64,000 nt of DNA from an uncultured Nitrospiraceae bacterium (GCA_963730935.1 CAVSTP010000003.1:64001-128000); one strand, 5' to 3'; numbered from the stretch's first letter, positions 28,701-37,598 are shown. Notes: generated by a model not told the origin, from the letters alone. Program-made: numbers and translations.

Positions 28701-31503
28701 CGACAAAGCAGAGGACGTCGACACGGTCCGGCAATTGCTGCGGGCACATGAATACTGGCGGATGAAACAATTGTCCGCCGACGTGATCATCCTGAACGAA
28801 AAGCCGGCGTCCTACGAACAGGATCTGCAAGGCTCCCTGGAGGTGCTCGTGCGTGGCAGCCGCTTGCGCCTTGTGCCGGATATCGCCGGCGCGCGCGGCG
28901 ACATTTATCTCCTGCGGGCCGACCTGCTTTCCGCACAAGAGCGGATGCTGCTGCAGCAGATCGCCAGGGTCGTCCTGCTGAGTCGGCGGGGCACTTTGGC
29001 GGAGCAGGTCACTCGATTACAGCGCAGGCACAGTACGCCGCCGCCGAACCTGCCGTCACCGCGTAGGAGCAAACGCCTGGATGTGCCGTTGCTTGAACGA
29101 GAACTCGAATTCTTTAACGGCCTAGGCGGTTTCGCGGACGATGGCCGCGAATATGTCACGATCCTCGGCGAAGGGCTGCGGACGCCGCAGCCCTGGATTA
29201 ACGTCATCGCAAATCCGTCGTTCGGGTTTCTCGTATCGGAATCCGGTTCCGGGTTCACCTGGTCGCTGAACAGCCACGAAAATCAACTAACGCCTTGGTC
29301 GAACGATCCGGTGACTGATCCGTCAGGAGAAATGCTCTATATCCGCGATGACGATTCAGAGGAAATCTGGGGGCCCACGGCGCTGCCGATTCGCGATCCA
29401 GCGCCCTATGTGGCTTGCCACGGACAAGGCTATAGCCGGTTCCATCATGGTTCACATGGGATCCTGGTCGAATTGCTGCAGTTTGTGCCGCCTGAAGACC
29501 CGATCAAGATCTCTCGGCTCACGTTACAGAATGCGTCCGGCCGCTCGCGTCGCCTTTCTGTCACGGCCTATACCGAGTGGGTCCTGGGAAGCTCGCGTGG
29601 TGACTCCACGCCGTACATCATTACGGAGATCGATACGGAGACCGGAGCGCTCTTTGCACGTAACATGCTGGGCGGCGAGTTCCGTGGGCGCATCGCCTTT
29701 GTTGATCTTGCCGGGAAGCAAACCTCCTGGACAGGTGATCGCACAGAATTCCTGGGTCGCAATGGGACCCCCGAGCGTCCTCTGGCGCTTGAACTTGGAG
29801 GTGAGTTGTCTAGGAAGGTGGGCGCCGGGCTCGACCCCTGTGCCGCGTTGCAGCTGTCTATTGAGCTGCAGGCAGGCGAACGTGCGGAAATTGTCTGGTT
29901 TCTTGGACAGACCGAGGGGAGGGAACAGGCGCGTCGGTTGCTCAACCGGTACCGTGGCGCCGATGTGAACGCGCTCTTGCACGAAGTCGTTCGCCGTTGG
30001 GACGACGTGCTGGGCGCCGTAGAGGTCCGGACGCCGGAGCGGGCTATGGACGTATTGCTAAATCGCTGGGTGCTCTATCAGACGCTGGTTTGCCGGGTTT
30101 GGGCACGCGCGGCGTTTTATCAGCTGAGCGGGGCCTATGGGTTTCGTGACCAACTCCAGGATGTGATGGCCCTCAGCGTCTCGGCCCGCGATGTCACACG
30201 CGAGCATTTGTTGCGGGCAGCTGCGCGGCAGTTCACGGAGGGTGATGTTCAGCACTGGTGGCATCCTCCATCCGGGCGCGGTGTACGGACCCGCATCTCC
30301 GATGATCTGCTCTGGCTGCCGTACGCAGTCATCCAGTTCCTTGAAGTTACTGGCGATACGGCCCTGTTGGATGAATTGGTGCCTTTTCTTGAAGGCCCGG
30401 CCTTGGCGGAAGGACAACATGAATTGTATTTTGAGCCGCGAGTGTCTGAGATGCGCGCGACCCTCTTTGAGCATTGTGCGCGCGCGTTGGACCGAAGCCT
30501 TGCCGTTGGGAGTCACGGCCTTCCGCTCATGGGTACCGGAGATTGGAATGACGGGATGAATCGTGTCGGTCAACAGGGCAGGGGTGAAAGCGTCTGGCTC
30601 GCCTGGTTTCTACACACGGTGCTTTGGGAGTTCGCCAAGGTGGCGGCCCAGCGCGGCGAACATGTTCGTGCAGAAACGTGGCGGCTCCACGTGAGTGCAT
30701 TGAAGGCCGCGATCGAACGGGACGGGTGGGATGGAGAATGGTACCGCCGCGCGTACTTTGACGACGGTACGCCACTCGGTTCCGCTACAGATCCGGAGTG
30801 CCGCATCGATTCCATTGCGCAATCCTGGGGAATAATCAGCGGCGCTGCAGACCCGGGCCGTGGAGCGCGCGCCATGGCGGCGGTGGAACAGCATCTTGTG
30901 AACCGGCGGGACGGGCTCATTCTTCTCCTGACTCCACCGTTCGACCGTATGTCGCGGGATCCTGGCTATATCAAAGGATACGTGCCTGGCATTCGTGAAA
31001 ATGGCGGCCAATATACCCACGCGGCCGTCTGGACCCTGCTGGCATTCGTGGCAATGGGTGATGGCGACAAGGCCGGCGAGTTGTTTCGCATGCTAAATCC
31101 TATTCATCGCGTCTCTTCGCGATCGAAGGTCCAGCGTTACAAGGTCGAGCCATACGTCATAGCAGGTGACGTGTATAGCGATCCTCTGCATGCCGGCTGC
31201 GGGGGATGGACCTGGTACAGTGGTTCGGCGGGCTGGCTCTATCGGGCCGGTGTGGAATGGATGCTTGGCTTCCGCTTGCGCGGTTCCACCCTCTCCATCG
31301 ATCCTTGCATTCCGCGCCACTGGCCGGGATATTCTATTCGTTTCCGGTATCATTCGGCGCTCTATGACATTACGGTTGAGAATCCGCGCAATGCGACCCG
31401 TGGCGTGACGGTGACCGAACTGGATGGCGCGCCGTTGATAGGTCGTGACAATATTCCACTCGTCGCCGCCGGCGAGCACCACATTCGCATCGTACTTGGA
31501 TGA
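22711..31503 (+). CDS. cgs: cyclic beta-1,2-glucan synthase (Cgs/NdvB): glycosyltransferase, cyclising domain and GH94 phosphorylase region
   Basis: 2930 aa; PAAEWLVDNF, WMGWERKRGKL, ITLDADT, GSYTGKGIY, LSHDLFEG, HRWARGDWQL, PPDNFQE, YDLLASEARL, GAYGFRDQLQD, GTGDWNDGMN, RENGGQYTH. Confidence 0.95.
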   Translation: MVRSSTTLDPELEEPIRAELFGVERLEQHAESLAAAQIITGALRRGQLLTPRVLENGRVLVKSYQIIASAIRGEKTITPAAEWLVDNFHIVDEQLREIIDDLPPGYYRQLPKLASGHLQNYPRVFGVAWAFVAHTDSRFDPDMLRRFVAAYQRVQPLTIGELWAVAISLRIVLVENLRRLAERIVHSRAARLEADELADSLLGAAALAPEPVPTALRRLEHRPLATAFAVQLVQRLRDLDPKVRPVLVWLDERLAAQGTTANDIVQAEHQQQAAMSVTVRNIITSMRLTSAFDWAVFFENVSLVDRILQRDPRYAEMDFVTRDTYRHAIEDLSRGTGFSEIDVTERIMDRAKRAAGEPHASGEPERERHMDPGYYLISQGRQAFERELGYRVTWKRQIRRWYVRASAPGYLGSITVVTAMVMALPLWQASEVNVSAAGFALLAFLALVPASDLAMALINRTVMAILKPRPLPRMELRNGIPKELRTIVVVPTLLTNLQAIDEQVERLEVHYLANSDDDLRFALLSDWRDAPSEHMPGDAELLNTAVEGIARLNKRYGSASGGGSRFVLFHRRRVWNESEHTWMGWERKRGKLHELNQLLRGSTGTTFISVGEPLSESFPSVRYVITLDADTRLPRGAARRLIGTMAHPLNRPRFDRLAGRVVEGYGVVQPRITPSLPSNGEGSGFQATFSGPSGIDPYASAVSDVYQDLFREGSYTGKGIYEIDAFEAALADKVPDNSMLSHDLFEGLFARAALATDIELFEAFPSHYEAAAARHHRWARGDWQLLPWILGRGHARSETRRAVAIPAIGRWKILDNLRRTLSAPFAFLTLIVGWLLPAGSPWVWSGFILVTIAIPSLLSFVLGLYPRRRGIALRSHTRGAIADLKLAATQIALTVTFLPYQTWLMSDAILRTLGRLLITRTHLLEWVTAAQAEDAYTHKLAGMYRRMGGGIVLTVAAACGVVVFGSYESWAAAAPFILLWLASPAVARWVSLPLRLTGAGPVSPGDARTLRLIARRTWRFFETFVSPEDHALPPDNFQEDPKAVVAHRTSPTNIGLYLLSTLVARDLGWLGTMEAAERLEATLATMNQLVLFHGHFYNWYDTRTLNPLEPKYVSSVDSGNLAGHLVALGNGCRELIQQSPVEGDLFAGMDDAIALLREALADIPDQQGTHTVTRKQLSQAVDVLATSLLSRPVDAAGWTTRFAQLSAWSHTVADMAQALAQERADGPHSELLIWADAVRSCVESHLRDMELSLPWVRLSRKDLAAMFDRPAGLVPEWATIAPFFHPVPTLATAPERFTAALRALDRLREDSLSNPSQNRPSLTRIALLADAIQQSAADAAALIRRLTIITQTVEQMARAMDFTFLFDPTRKLLSIGYRVTENSLEPNCYDLLASEARLASFMAIAKGDVPSSHWFHLGRALTPVENGAALISWSGSIFEYLMPALVMRFPAGSLLSRTYELIVRRQIQYGEERGVPWGVSESAYNARDLDLTYQYSSFGVPGLGLKRGLIDDVVVAPYAAALAAMIDPAAATQDFARLAEAGGRGSYGFYEALDYTGTRVPEGKDVAIVRAYMSHHQGMSLVAIANVLNDGVMRNRFHAEPMVRATELLLQERTPHDVPVARPRAEEVSAVAQIRDLIPPVLRRFTSPHEATPRTHLLSNGRYAVMLTAAGSGYSRWRDIAVTRWREDATRDCWGSYMFLRDTQTGYVWSAGYQPSGVEADDYEVSFSEERVEIIRRDGDWSTTLEVVVSSEDDAEVRRISVTNMGTGARDLQVTSYAELSLAPQAVDVAHPAFANLFVQTEFVPETGALLATRRKRSDEEATVWAAQVVVVEGDTVGELQYETDRARFLGRGHHVRTAVSMIDGRPLSNTVGSVLDPVLSLRRTVRVLPGETVRVVFSTIVGQTRDQVLDLADKYSDPRVFERAMSLGWTQTQVQLHHLGIGTDEAQLFQRLANAVLYSDASLRPSSETLGHSTVERTALWAHGISGDLPIVLACIDKAEDVDTVRQLLRAHEYWRMKQLSADVIILNEKPASYEQDLQGSLEVLVRGSRLRLVPDIAGARGDIYLLRADLLSAQERMLLQQIARVVLLSRRGTLAEQVTRLQRRHSTPPPNLPSPRRSKRLDVPLLERELEFFNGLGGFADDGREYVTILGEGLRTPQPWINVIANPSFGFLVSESGSGFTWSLNSHENQLTPWSNDPVTDPSGEMLYIRDDDSEEIWGPTALPIRDPAPYVACHGQGYSRFHHGSHGILVELLQFVPPEDPIKISRLTLQNASGRSRRLSVTAYTEWVLGSSRGDSTPYIITEIDTETGALFARNMLGGEFRGRIAFVDLAGKQTSWTGDRTEFLGRNGTPERPLALELGGELSRKVGAGLDPCAALQLSIELQAGERAEIVWFLGQTEGREQARRLLNRYRGADVNALLHEVVRRWDDVLGAVEVRTPERAMDVLLNRWVLYQTLVCRVWARAAFYQLSGAYGFRDQLQDVMALSVSARDVTREHLLRAAARQFTEGDVQHWWHPPSGRGVRTRISDDLLWLPYAVIQFLEVTGDTALLDELVPFLEGPALAEGQHELYFEPRVSEMRATLFEHCARALDRSLAVGSHGLPLMGTGDWNDGMNRVGQQGRGESVWLAWFLHTVLWEFAKVAAQRGEHVRAETWRLHVSALKAAIERDGWDGEWYRRAYFDDGTPLGSATDPECRIDSIAQSWGIISGAADPGRGARAMAAVEQHLVNRRDGLILLLTPPFDRMSRDPGYIKGYVPGIRENGGQYTHAAVWTLLAFVAMGDGDKAGELFRMLNPIHRVSSRSKVQRYKVEPYVIAGDVYSDPLHAGCGGWTWYSGSAGWLYRAGVEWMLGFRLRGSTLSIDPCIPRHWPGYSIRFRYHSALYDITVENPRNATRGVTVTELDGAPLIGRDNIPLVAAGEHHIRIVLG

Positions 31504-31605
31504 TGTATGGCAAAGGTAGTCACTCGCCGTAGGTCATTCACGCTCAGCTGACTAGCTCGCTGCTTCTACCCCATCACCGAGCGTTACAAAACCTCCCTGC
31601 CTCCA

Positions 31606-31650
31606 TTCGTAAACCCGAGGTCGCTGGTTCGATTCCAGTCGCCGGCTCCA
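31606..31650 (+). mobile_element. 3' half of tRNA-Thr(CGT), probable att site of an integrated element
   Basis: TTCGTAA anticodon loop, ACCCG, AGGTC, T-arm GCTGG-TTCGATT-CCAGT, acceptor strand CGCCGGC-T-CCA; upstream sequence supplies no GCCGGCG strand or D-arm. Confidence 0.8.
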
Positions 31651-32000
31651 GATTGCGAAGCAACTGGTACTACAACGACGTGTACAAGCTGCATTGCACA
31701 AGACTGCGGGAAGCGGAGATCTTCTCGAAGTATCTATCCTCAAGGCCATTTCGAGGGTGCAAGTGCTGAACAGACTCGTGAGTTAGCCCACCGTTCGACG
31801 TGTTTCCGGCATCCTCTCGCCATAGCAAGAACTGCCACATTCGCAAAACTCAATAAAGTAAAAATACCACCTCGTAGGACGGATGCCCTAGCGTTAATCC
31901 CAGTACGATGAATGTTCTTAGTTCTATATTTTTTGGCACTTGTGTCGGGAACCTCGTTTGACCCCGAACAAACCACTCATGTCTTCCACGTTCCCCCTCA

Positions 32001-33515
32001 ATGAACCCCTTTTTTGATAAAGGTGCACACGTGCGGAAATATTTAGTTGGTTCTCTCCTCGTATTCTCGTCGCTTGCCTTCCGCATGCTGTTCGCACAGC
32101 GAAAACAGGCGGAAGGGGAACTCAAGGCCATTGCCTGGCTGCTGCGGGAAGGGAGAACGCCGTTCCAAATGCCAAAAGTACAGGCCTATGGAGATTTGAC
32201 TCAACTCAACACCGAAGGGACCATTCTCCGGACGGTTGGAAAAGATCTCCTCGTAAATGTCTCCGGTGATGCCCTCCACCTCATCGGGACCTCGGGCGCG
32301 GTATGCGAAAGGAATGGAGAGTACGCCTCATGCCTCGTGGCATCGGACTGGTGTCGGTTCCTGGACCACACGTCGCGCGACCGCTGTGGCACGACCGACA
32401 ATCGGGCTGCCTTGACCAGCGGCAAGTGGCATTGTCGAGAATCAGGTCGGGAAGCGTCGATCCTCGCGATGGAGACAGGGAAGCCGGTCGACATGCCCTG
32501 CAAAGGTGGAATCAATCTGTATGCGGCACCAATCAAGGTCGATGGAGAAACGGTCGGAAGCATCGCCATTGGCTACGGGGATCCGCCCAAGGATCAACAG
32601 CGACTGATGGAAGTGGCCGAGCGGTATGGCGTTCAGGTGGAGAGACTCCGCGAACTCAGCGCCAACATGCCGTCTCGGCCGCAATTCATCGTAGCGGTCG
32701 CGAAAGCGCGCTTGCGAAGTGAGGCCAACTTGTTGGGGGAGATCATCAAACGGAAAGGCGTTGAAGAAGCCTTGGCCGACTTGACAAAACACCTCGAAGC
32801 CCGCGTCACGAAGCGCACCGAGCAGCTCCGGGCGTTGGCAACTGAATTGAATCTTGCCGAGCAACAGGAGCGCAAGCGGCTGGCTGTGGAACTGCACGAT
32901 CACCTGCAACATCTCCTGGTGCTGGGGAAACTAAAGATTGGCCAGGGGAAGCGGTATGCCCCGCCGATTCCTGTTTTGACTGACGCATTGAAGCAGGTTG
33001 ACCAGGTGTTGTCCGACGCCCTGCGCTACACGAGGACGTTGGTCGCCGAATTAAGTCCCGCTGTATTGAGGGATCACGGACTGTTAGCGGCGCTGACATG
33101 GCTGAGCGAGTATATGCAGAAACGCTCCGTAACTGTCACCGTGAGTATGCCTGAAGAGCTCCACCTCACCTTGCCGGAGGATCAAGCGATACTGCTGTTC
33201 CAATCTGTGCGAGAACTTCTCATCAACACCTCGAAATATGCAGGGACCGGCGCCGCCACGGTCACAGTCGAATGCCGCGACGATCAGTTACGAATACAAG
33301 TGCGCGATGAAGGCACCGGCTTCGACGTGGCTGCCACTACAGTTGCTGCAGTACCATCGATCGGTGGAGTGTCATTCAAATTTGGCCTGCTCAGTATCCT
33401 GGAGCGGATGCAGGCATTGGGGGGATCGTTCGACATTCAATCTGCCCCGGGGCAGGGAGTCACCGCGACGCTGACCCTGCCTCTGAGTCAAAGACAGACA
33501 AGACCGGCGGCATAA
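32001..33515 (+). CDS. PocR-domain sensor histidine kinase (HisKA_3/NarX type)
   Basis: Cys-containing PocR-like segment (WCRFLD...KWHC.ES..C.GG..LYAAPI...GETVG), ELHDHLQH H-box, HATPase RDEGTGFD and FGL..I.ER...LGG. Confidence 0.85.
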   Translation: MNPFFDKGAHVRKYLVGSLLVFSSLAFRMLFAQRKQAEGELKAIAWLLREGRTPFQMPKVQAYGDLTQLNTEGTILRTVGKDLLVNVSGDALHLIGTSGAVCERNGEYASCLVASDWCRFLDHTSRDRCGTTDNRAALTSGKWHCRESGREASILAMETGKPVDMPCKGGINLYAAPIKVDGETVGSIAIGYGDPPKDQQRLMEVAERYGVQVERLRELSANMPSRPQFIVAVAKARLRSEANLLGEIIKRKGVEEALADLTKHLEARVTKRTEQLRALATELNLAEQQERKRLAVELHDHLQHLLVLGKLKIGQGKRYAPPIPVLTDALKQVDQVLSDALRYTRTLVAELSPAVLRDHGLLAALTWLSEYMQKRSVTVTVSMPEELHLTLPEDQAILLFQSVRELLINTSKYAGTGAATVTVECRDDQLRIQVRDEGTGFDVAATTVAAVPSIGGVSFKFGLLSILERMQALGGSFDIQSAPGQGVTATLTLPLSQRQTRPAA

Positions 33516-33693
33516 GCACAGTAAAGGATAGACTGAACGAGAAATCATAGAACCGCGCACAAGCCCTTGGCCCGGCATGAACAAATGGGGATACCGTTGC
33601 AATAGCGAGCACTTGTCAAAAACAGCAGGCATTTCAGCCGCTAGGGGATTCGCTGATAGACAAATCGCTGATCTACTTTATACTCCTGACCAA

Positions 33694-34083
33694 ATGGAAA
33701 GTGGGAACAAGATACGAGTGCTTCTCGTTGATGATGATGTCCGTGTTCGTGAAACGTTAGGCAGTATCCTAAAAGCTTATTCCAACATCGAAGTGGTCGG
33801 TGAAGCTAGCGATGGTGACGAGGCCGTTACGAGTGTGGGAAAGCTCCGGCCCGCGGTGGTGGTAATGGATATCGCTATGAAGAAAATGGACGGAATTACG
33901 GCAGCTCGGTTAATCAAGGCCCAATATCCCGCTGTTCTCGTGGTGGGATGCTCTGCTCACACGGAAGAGTACCAGGTATACGCAATGCAGCGAGTACGCG
34001 CTTTTGAAGTGTTATTGAAGAAGGAGGATGCAGCCCAGGACTTGTACCCCTCGATACAGAGAGTTATGGCAGCGGCCGCTTAA
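33694..34083 (+). CDS. single-domain response regulator (receiver only)
   Basis: IRVLLVDDD, VVGEASDG, VVVMDIAMKKMDG, LLKK. Confidence 0.85.
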   Translation: MESGNKIRVLLVDDDVRVRETLGSILKAYSNIEVVGEASDGDEAVTSVGKLRPAVVVMDIAMKKMDGITAARLIKAQYPAVLVVGCSAHTEEYQVYAMQRVRAFEVLLKKEDAAQDLYPSIQRVMAAAA

Positions 34084-34478
34084 TCCTACCGCGTCCCTCT
34101 CTCTATTCTTGCATATCTTTCCGTTTGGGGACTCGCTCTCACCCTGCTGCTGATGCCGTCATAGAACCGCTTCCGACCTTCCCTGACCAGTCCGCTTTGC
34201 CGACCGTCGTTCGGCTCTAGACACTCACCCAGTGTGACCTATTAATTCCCAGTGTATGTCTGGTCGTGATATGTCTTTCATGCACCTTGTGAGTGAATTC
34301 CAGCGGAAGGGAAAGAAGTCTGTCGGCGCATGGGCTCTCCAGAGGGAACGACCCTCTCCAGAGCGGATCTTCAGGTACTCAGGGACCAGTCACATGTTCT
34401 TTATAAGGAAGCGGTGAGTCTACTGAACAAGAAGGAGACAAGAGGAAGTGAATGATCAAACCTATCCTTGGGGGAGGC

Positions 34479-34859
34479 TTATTCACTAGAATTGCGCGGC
34501 GAAGAATTTTTCCGATCCGTGATGTCCCGAAATACCAGGATGACTCCAGGTGTGGAGGGGTACCCCTGTATTTCGTACCAGCGCTTGTCTCCAGGATAGA
34601 GAAACTCGAATTTGATTGAGGCGTGATCTTCGAGCGCCTTACGAAGCTCCCCCTCGACGGTGGTGCCTTTCACGTCTGGAAACACTTCCCACAATGATTT
34701 GCCGATCATGATCTGAGGGTCTTGGCCTAACCGACGGAACGTACCTGCTGCGGCCTTGTTCATCGCCACATACTTCGATTGCCCATCGAGTTTCACGACA
34801 GCATCCTCGATGCCATCAAGGATGGCCATGAGATCGTCTTTCCGGAATGGACTTTCCAT
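34479..34859 (-). CDS. stand-alone PAS domain protein
   Basis: ILDGIEDAVVKLD...MNKAAA...MIGKSLWEVFP...RWYEIQGYP...VFRDITDRK. Confidence 0.85.
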   Translation of the reverse strand: MESPFRKDDLMAILDGIEDAVVKLDGQSKYVAMNKAAAGTFRRLGQDPQIMIGKSLWEVFPDVKGTTVEGELRKALEDHASIKFEFLYPGDKRWYEIQGYPSTPGVILVFRDITDRKNSSPRNSSE

Positions 34860-35090
34860 TATCACTACGGTAGCGAGAAATATCCTCGCCGTCCAGACAC
34901 GGAAACCCTGAAAGGTATTGGGGAGAATGGTGGATGGAATGCGCAAGGCATTGATTTCTTAGCGGCTCCGTCAGTTTGTTATACCGATCCGCATATGGAG
35001 GTAGGCGCAATCGTACAAGCCTAGAATTAGGTTTTCGTGTATCTTCGGCGAAATTTTAGCTTCCGTCTGTCATCGCTGGAAGACTCGGCC

Positions 35091-35258
35091 ATGCGAGAAG
35101 ACCAAGCCAAAATCAAACGCGAAGAGTGGGCAGCGAAGGGAAGTCCACCATGCGAACACCGTACGCTCAAGCTGCTTTATACTGTCGAGAACTACATTAC
35201 TGGCGATTATGTGTGCGTTGACTGTGGCGAATGCGTCGGCAAAGTCTCGAAACCTTAG
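35091..35258 (+). CDS. small putative zinc-binding protein
   Basis: CEH...YVCVDCGE motifs. Confidence 0.55.
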   Translation: MREDQAKIKREEWAAKGSPPCEHRTLKLLYTVENYITGDYVCVDCGECVGKVSKP

Positions 35259-35607
35259 TTCAAGAATTTTCCCTCTAATGCGGTCAGGCGGCGAGTACCC
35301 TTGGTCCCTACGGCTGGACAAGTGTTCCTAGAGCAGGAGACAAAACATTCCTATCTGTCGCTTCTTTACCTTCATCGGGCCAGTTTCGATTTACTCTCGC
35401 CCTTTTAGCTTATCGCTCTCCCTAGAAAGATCATTTGATTCCGGCTTTTTCTTGGTTCAGGTGAGGGGTCTCACTGGTGCACGGTCACAAGTTTATTAAC
35501 GGATTAGGAACTTATCTACAGGTGCAACTCTTGCTCCTTATAAGAAAATGGAGTGCTCAGAAAGGCTGAACTTTACGTACGTATCGTATTGCGTGGAGGA
35601 GGGAGGT

Positions 35608-36111
35608 ATGCCAGTCCAACGCTTCATTGTAGGATCGGCTCTCATCATCTTGACCGGCTGTCAGCATTCGCTTGTGCGCGACATTATGCCCGCCGTATCC
35701 AGAACCGGCGAAGTTCAGGATGTTGTCATTCAAGACACCGTTTCGCCGACTTCCATCATGGCTAAACCTGGGGATGAAATTCGATGGATCAATAAGCGGC
35801 AAGCTGACGTCCAAGTGATCGTTATCAGTCGCCCCAGGGAGCAACTCACATGTCAGCGGAGCTTCTGGGGAATGATGGGAGCGGACAGTAATCAGTACAC
35901 TGCGAACGTGGAGAGGAATGATACAGCAGCTATCTGCTTTCGAGATCCCACCGAACTAAAGTATGTCGTGAGAACAAAATCGGGTGATCCCAGTGGAGAG
36001 CACAGCTTTCCGGGGACAATTAAGATCGCGCAGGAGGAAGACCCAGGCCCTTCGATGCAGACACGCGAAACGGCCTCTCTGACAAAGGAGGAACCATCCT
36101 TAATTCCATGA
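35608..36111 (+). CDS. lipoprotein with cupredoxin-like fold and no obvious copper ligands
   Basis: GGAGG RBS, lipobox LTGC, VSPTSIMAKPGDEIRWIN and C-terminal GTIKI strands. Confidence 0.7.
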   Translation: MPVQRFIVGSALIILTGCQHSLVRDIMPAVSRTGEVQDVVIQDTVSPTSIMAKPGDEIRWINKRQADVQVIVISRPREQLTCQRSFWGMMGADSNQYTANVERNDTAAICFRDPTELKYVVRTKSGDPSGEHSFPGTIKIAQEEDPGPSMQTRETASLTKEEPSLIP

Positions 36112-36375
36112 ACAGGTCATGGACATTCGCATGCCCCGCATTAGAGTGTGATCGAACAAGACTACTGGGCACATCCCTCAATTTCAGGGATTTGGAGAGT
36201 ATCACTCGTGCCTCTGCGTTTTAATTACGTCAGCGTATTCCTAGGTTCGGCTCGGGGCCTTACCAGTAGTGCATCCCCTACACCTCGCCTAAGGTTTAAG
36301 GGACAAATGAAAAGCGGAAATCTCGCTCGCTTTGCTCCTGTCAAATCAAGCGACAGCGTTGACTAATGTGAAACA

Positions 36376-36588
36376 ATGAATTTCTTCAAAAAACACCGGG
36401 CGCTTGCCTCACTCAATCAGGCGAGCAGGAATCTGCTCGAAATCCTATCAGATGGAACTGAACTAGACGAGTGTGACCAGTCGTACATTCAATGTCATTT
36501 GCGTCTCATGGAGTTGACCTACTCCAATTGGAAGAACAGCCCGATCGAGAAATCAACCAAGGAAGCAGATATTCGCCCCGCTGCCTAA
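36376..36588 (+). CDS. small helical hypothetical protein
   Basis: 70-aa amphipathic helical ORF ending RPAA. Confidence 0.5.
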   Translation: MNFFKKHRALASLNQASRNLLEILSDGTELDECDQSYIQCHLRLMELTYSNWKNSPIEKSTKEADIRPAA

Positions 36589-36729
36589 TTACGGCGCCGT
36601 GGTCGTCTTCCCGCCGAGCCCAGTAGCATTCCGCAGCCTGCATCAACAACTCATTTTGGGCGAACACCTCTGCACGTTTGTCTATGCCAAAACGGATTTG
36701 CATCCCACCAAACTGTCCGATCGCGGTAT

Positions 36730-37377
36730 TCAGAGCGTGGTAAGTCCGTGGGCCAGAGCGAACTTGATGAGGTCGGCGGTCGTATGGACGCCAACCTTCC
36801 GTGTGATGTTGGCTTTGTGGAATTCAACAGTCTTTATCGAGATGTTCAGCTGCTGCGCAATCTGCTTTGCCGTCTCGCCTTGTGCCAACAGAACTAGAAT
36901 CTCTCGTTGTCGATCGGTAAGATCGCCGGAATAGCCCTCAGGCCTGAACCACTCGTCTTCCAACGCCTCGCGCACCTCTGGCGTAATCTGACACGACAGG
37001 AAACGTTTGTTAGCAAGCACCGTGTGAATCGCCTGACGCAGTTCCTCTGACGCCGACTGCTTTAGCACGTAGCCGCTCGCTCCTGCTTTAAATGCCTCAC
37101 TGATGGAAATGGCTTCTGTTAACATCGTCACGAGAATCACTTTTACTTTGGGAAGGTGTTTTCTTAGTTCTTTGGCAGCCGCAAAGCCGCTTAATCCCGG
37201 CATGCACGCGTCCAAGAGAATGACGTCCGGCCGGTACTCCAGCGCACGTTTGATGATTTCACCGGAGTCCTGCACCGTACCCACAATTTGGAAATGCGGT
37301 TCGAGCAGGGTGCTGATACTTTCAAGTACGAGCGGATGATCATCGACGATCAAGATTTTCGTCGTGTGTGTTTGCAC
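36730..37377 (-). CDS. NarL/FixJ-family response regulator (receiver plus LuxR HTH)
   Basis: ILIVDDH, ILLD..MPGLSG, GYVLK, LTDRQREIL.LLAQG..AKQIA..LNIS.KTVEFHKANI. Confidence 0.93.
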   Translation of the reverse strand: MQTHTTKILIVDDHPLVLESISTLLEPHFQIVGTVQDSGEIIKRALEYRPDVILLDACMPGLSGFAAAKELRKHLPKVKVILVTMLTEAISISEAFKAGASGYVLKQSASEELRQAIHTVLANKRFLSCQITPEVREALEDEWFRPEGYSGDLTDRQREILVLLAQGETAKQIAQQLNISIKTVEFHKANITRKVGVHTTADLIKFALAHGLTTL

Positions 37378-37413
37378 GCTTCAACCCTCACAAGTATCTA
37401 TTGGTGAGACACC

Positions 37414-37450
37414 AAAAAAAGAGCCCGCCTCCCTTTCGGTGAGCGGGCTC
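37414..37450 (-). terminator. Rho-independent terminator in the leader of the NarL-type gene
   Basis: Minus strand GAGCCCGC-TCACCGAAAGGGAG-GCGGGCTC-TTTTTTT, ending 36 nt before the start codon at 37377. Confidence 0.75.
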
Positions 37451-37598
37451 CTACTCTTGGATTCGGCAATGTTTCCACTGCCGTAGTCTAAGATAAAGGC
37501 AGTGTACCACCAGCGCCTCCACAGAATGGCTAGGGAAAACACTGGGAGCTCCCTGGAAAAACACGAGCTAACGAGAAGGATGTATCACGGCAGTGATG

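Noticed and set aside
31575..31650. Intact tRNA-Thr gene
   Set aside because: No 5' acceptor strand, D-arm or 5' anticodon-stem strand upstream of 31606; reported as a fragment instead.
31552..31749. 65-aa minus-strand ORF containing WSRRLESNQRPRVYE
   Set aside because: Antisense translation of the tRNA-Thr fragment.
34271..34455. Possible frameshifted mini-gene (MSFMHLVSEFQRK... / MGSPEGTTLSRADLQVLRDQ...)
   Set aside because: Plausible, but there is no paralogue in the window and no clear RBS to support it.
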